From NCBI RefSeq assembly GCF_041146345.1, contig NW_027191413.1:1612001-1676000 (forward strand): 64,000 nucleotides of DNA. The letters are read 5' to 3'. Position numbers and translations under genes: made by a program. Positions within the stretch are counted from its first letter, which is position 1, and each line of letters begins with the position of its first letter. Below the pieces are notes generated by a model, which saw only the letters and a list, made by a program, of their open reading frames with translations, was not told where the DNA came from and did not search any database. This document shows positions 59,968 to 64,000 of the stretch, piece after piece. The stretch is from Neodothiora populina (taxonomy: Eukaryota).

Positions 59968-61869
59968 ATGGCCGAGGTCCTCACCCGTTCGCGCGACGAC
60001 AAGTCCTACTATACCGCTTCATCACTCAAACGTTCCGCACCCTCACGCACCTCGCTGCTCGTCGGATCACCACCCAAGACTTCCTCTTTACGACCGGCTG
60101 CTTCGGAGTCATCGTTTGCACACGTCGACGGCTATTCACGTCAATTTCCCTCCTCTTCATCCGCGTCATTAGGAACCAGACAGCAGTCATGTACAGACTT
60201 CTCTCAATTCTCGCAACCACCTTCTTTCTCAACCGCTCGACCGCCAACGCTGTCCTTTGAATCGCAATCACATCACGATGATTACGACGATGGTTCCAGC
60301 GAGGAAGAAGAAATAGCATTCCCTGCCTATGACGAGGTCCACTTCTACCACGAGGACGAGCCCCTGCCGCCCAGCCCGCGACCGGAAGATGACGACGTCG
60401 ACACCTCCACCGAAACCGAAACACACTCCCAATCCGACGGGTCTCAGGCATCGCCGGAGCCCGCCAGCACGACAGACTCGACCCGATCTGACTCTCCCTT
60501 ACCCACTCCTACCGTTGCAGACGACACCGCCATCAAACACGAACCGTCTCGACATGTTGATTACCTTTCTCACGACTGGCGGGAAGAGGACATCTGGTCC
60601 TCGTGGCGGCACATCGTCTCTCAGCGCAAGGTCTACGGCCAGAGGTCACGGCTGGAAAACGCCTCTTGGAGGACGTGGGCGAAATCAAAGTACCAACTCG
60701 CTACCGTCTCGCCCGAGACACTGAACTGGTAAGTCGGGCTGACAAGGCCGATGCAGCGTTCCGATATTCGTCCGCTAACATGACATCTTTCCAGGCTGAA
60801 AGAAAGCGATGTGACATGGCTATACGGGCCATTGCAGCCTGCTGCCACCCACCCTCTTACACAGTCCTCCAACAATACACCCAGCCAATTATCCACCTCG
60901 AGCTCTTTTGTTGGCAAAGCAAAGAAACCAATCCTGAAGAAGCGAAGCATGTCCGAAGTGATGCTCCAGCGCTCAATATCCGCATCATCACTGGTGAAGC
61001 AAGCCGCCGCGTCAGTGCAAGCACAGCAATCCATTCCCATAAGACGCCCGGATCTCAGCCGCGCTTCCTCAGCCTTCACTTCACCTGCAGCTCTCTCCGT
61101 ACCTGCGAGCAGAGATCACCTTGACTTTCTTGATCTGGACTATTTCTCGCCAAGACCTTCCTCGGGAGAGGAGACACCTTTTGACGGGCCAAAGAGGCAC
61201 ATTCGCTTCGATGACAAAGTCGAGCAATGTATTGCTGTCGACTGCAAAGACGGTGAAGATGAGGACTCGGACGATGGCGATCGCGAGAACCCCAGGAATG
61301 ACTCGGATTCCGACTCGTCCGACGATGGCATTGTCATGATGAAGCGACCTAAGCGGAAGCGGCAGACGCGCCGGAGCGCATCCAGAACCAACTCCAGCAA
61401 TAGCAAGACTATTGAGAAACTGCCAGACACCAAGCTAAAGTACAAGGATGAGCCTCCGACTCCAGAACCCGTGGTGCACCATACGCCCTTCGGTCGTTCG
61501 TGGAGTTCGAGTAAGCTATCGCCATCCGCATCACAGGAGACGCTTCGCCCGGTAAGCTCTGTACGCAATTATGTTCTGCCTCCGGATGACGAAGACAATG
61601 ATTTCGACGCCGAGTCCTTCAGAGCCAGCGCTTTCCCCAATCGCCGAGACAGCATCCATGTCCGACGAGCGCAGACTTCAGACTCCACGGATACGTCATC
61701 CGAGCTCGATGAACAAGGGCTAAATACAAGCAATCCAGGCATGTTCGTACCCTACGAGGAGGACGAGGACGACCTTGTAGCCGCCGGTCTTTTCGGCAAG
61801 GTAAGCGATACAATCAACACGGCCAAAGACATTGCGCATGTGATCTGGAACGTAGGGTGGAGGAAATGA
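59968..61869 (+). CDS. REG1: PP1 (Glc7) regulatory subunit Reg1-like, 2 exons (intron 60729-60794)
   Basis: RHVDYLSHDWREEDIWSSWR, RLENASWRTWAK, NW|LKESDVTWLYGPL, KPILKKRS, RVxF-type RHIRFDDKVEQCIAV, and C-terminal NTAKDIAHVIWNVGW. Confidence 0.9.
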
Positions 61870-62605
61870 TCTACCGCTTTCAAGGGTTTCTTTTTAACGA
61901 CAACAACGGCGTTACGGAAAATATATCACCAATGGTTGGGGCATGGGGTTGCAATTACTACGTGCGGAAAGGCGCAAACAGGCGTGACAGCGAGGGTTCA
62001 TGCACTTCCTTGACATGCAGCCACAGTTCTCAGCGTGCTTCTCGATTTCATTTGGGGGAGGGTGACAGCTATTATCGTCAGTAGATCATTGGTGGGCTTA
62101 ATAACCAGCAAAGGACTCGATGTCTTAATTCATCTGTCCTGGTGTCAATGATCTGCTTCTCAGCTTATGTACTAAGATAGAAAGTACAGCACAGTATATG
62201 CCCCGGATCTCAAGGACCTTGTGGATGACTCGACTCGAAAGGTGCGACCGTAATTATCTATAAAGTAAAGAGGAAATCTCAAATTAGCTCAAACACCCAA
62301 TAATTATACTGTAACCCAGTGAGTAGCGCCACAATTTGCCAGTCTGAACCACGAACCTGGTCAAGTCCTCTTTATCGGAGATAACGTGGTTCCGCAAGGG
62401 TCGAGCACTCCCCGAAGCCCACTGCCTCGCTTAGGTACCTCCCGGACTCCTAATCGATGTCGGCTGGCAGCTCATCTCCGCTTACTTCACTGCTCAGGTC
62501 GGGCGTTTCCAGAGCCTCGTCGATGAAAAGTCACTGTGAGTATTCATTCAGCTGACATGAGCTTGTGAGGACGAGTTTCGTCAACACCCTCTGTCTTCGA
62601 CTGCC

Positions 62606-64000
62606 ATGGCGACCACCGTCGATTGCACGGCTATCATCGCTGGCATCAGCAGCAACACCGAGTCCACACGTAAAGTAGCTGCATACCATCTTCAGAGTGC
62701 CGTGAGCGATGCGTCGTTCGCCGACCGCTTCGTGTCAGCCGGTGGCATGCCGGTCTTGAAGAATGTGGTTCTCGAAGAACACGGAAACGCATTGGCATAT
62801 GCGCTGGGCAGTTTCGTCAAGTTGCTGGAGGCGGGAATGGGCTGGGATGTTGTTAACCCAGACATAATCGAACGGGTAAGATGAAATCAACCCTATGCCA
62901 TATCGATGCTGCAGCGCTGCTGTGTTGCTCCTGCGTAATACTGTATTCTCAATTCGTGGTTGTATATAGGCTATCCAACTCGTCATAAGTCGACCTCATA
63001 TCAATGTTCTCCGCAATGCTTTGTCCCTCCTGATGCTCGTAGTCACTCGGAGGCCCGATCAAACCAGATACATACGCCCTGCCAGCTCCAGCTCGGAGCG
63101 AAGCTTTGGTATCAGCGATGTCATGCCCTTGCTTCAGATGCACGAGGAGTTTCTAGAATGCCTCATAGAACATCTAGGCTCTGCGGATCACGCTCTTTGC
63201 GTCAATGCTCTGAGTCTGATCAATGCCTTGATGCGAGTCTCCATAGTCAGTGGTACTGGCGATGCGTGGCCGCAGTTTGTCATTAGACTCCAAGAACTTG
63301 GTGTCCTTAGTGCCGTAGAAGATCTGATGCGTGTTCCTGCCCCGCAGGATCTTTCACGCTGCCTGCTTGACTTCCAGAATCTGATCAAGGTGCTTCTGGC
63401 TCGCTGTCGCCGTGTAGCTCTCGAGCTTGAGAAGTACGAGCACCGCTCCGCTCTCAATGAATTGCACAACGCAAGCTTCCGACCTGACTACCCACTATCT
63501 ACTTCGTCGAATGGGTCCGACTCCGATCGGCCCTCAGACAAGTGGAGGAGACTCGGGTTCCAATCCGAGAAACCAGCGTCAGACTTCGAGGACGCGGGTT
63601 TCTTGGGGTTGATGGATCTCTCTGATTACGTGCGTAGGAACACCGACGCTTTTCGAAACACCCTGTTGGAACAGAGTATCTTACCTCCGGACCAGCGCTG
63701 TCCAGTGGCCCGGGCAAGCTTGAGCGTCACCATGTTACTGTATGAGTACTTTGACGTAGAGAAAGCTGTGGACGACGATGCTATCTCCGGACTACCTACG
63801 AGCATTGGCGAGGATAATCTCGAGCAGCAAATCGAGCCGCTCCTCCTACACTGGGAACGACTACACCGTGCCTCTCTGCTCGCTTTCTTCAGATTGTGGA
63901 AAGAGGCCGGAGCTGTTGACAAGGACTATCACAAGGTCGAAGACCTAGCCAGGCTCCTAATTGGGACCGTTCTAGGACGATTGGACCGCAAAAGTCCAGC
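62606..64000 (+). CDS. ELMO/CED-12 domain protein, 3'-truncated by the window (intron 62876-62969)
   Basis: GNALAYALGS; exon 2 is open to the window end with KWRRLGFQSEKPASDFEDAGFLGLMDL and CPVARASLSVT, typical of the ELMO domain. Confidence 0.87.

Overview
Gene-dense, intron-containing eukaryotic DNA from a filamentous ascomycete (Pezizomycotina; a Dothideomycete is my guess from protein and intron style). I can support 22 protein-coding genes: ERF4, a DUF2423/UPF0642 protein, SIZ1-type SUMO ligase, ERG3, AZF1-type C2H2 factor, a three-exon SPO12 missing from the ORF track, BRX1, INO80, PET127, a PH-like/LRR protein, a derlin, LYS9, a T5orf172/MUG113 protein, ARB1, ADI1, SMP3, SKP1, PLP1, a CaMKK, BET5, REG1 and a 3'-truncated ELMO protein. 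I found no transposon, tRNA, rRNA or CRISPR. The most notable hidden element is a ~200-nt three-hairpin box H/ACA snoRNA candidate in the oversized second intron of the derlin gene. It has an H box, an ACA box and a canonically spaced guide pocket complementary to a conserved LSU rRNA sequence, and it resembles yeast snR37. Also notable: two single-base frameshifts in C-runs of ARB1, a ~147-nt GAA tract, strongly enriched intergenic TACWGTA and TACCTTA heptamers, a uORF ahead of REG1 and four AAG splice acceptors. All calls were made by eye; no database searches were run.
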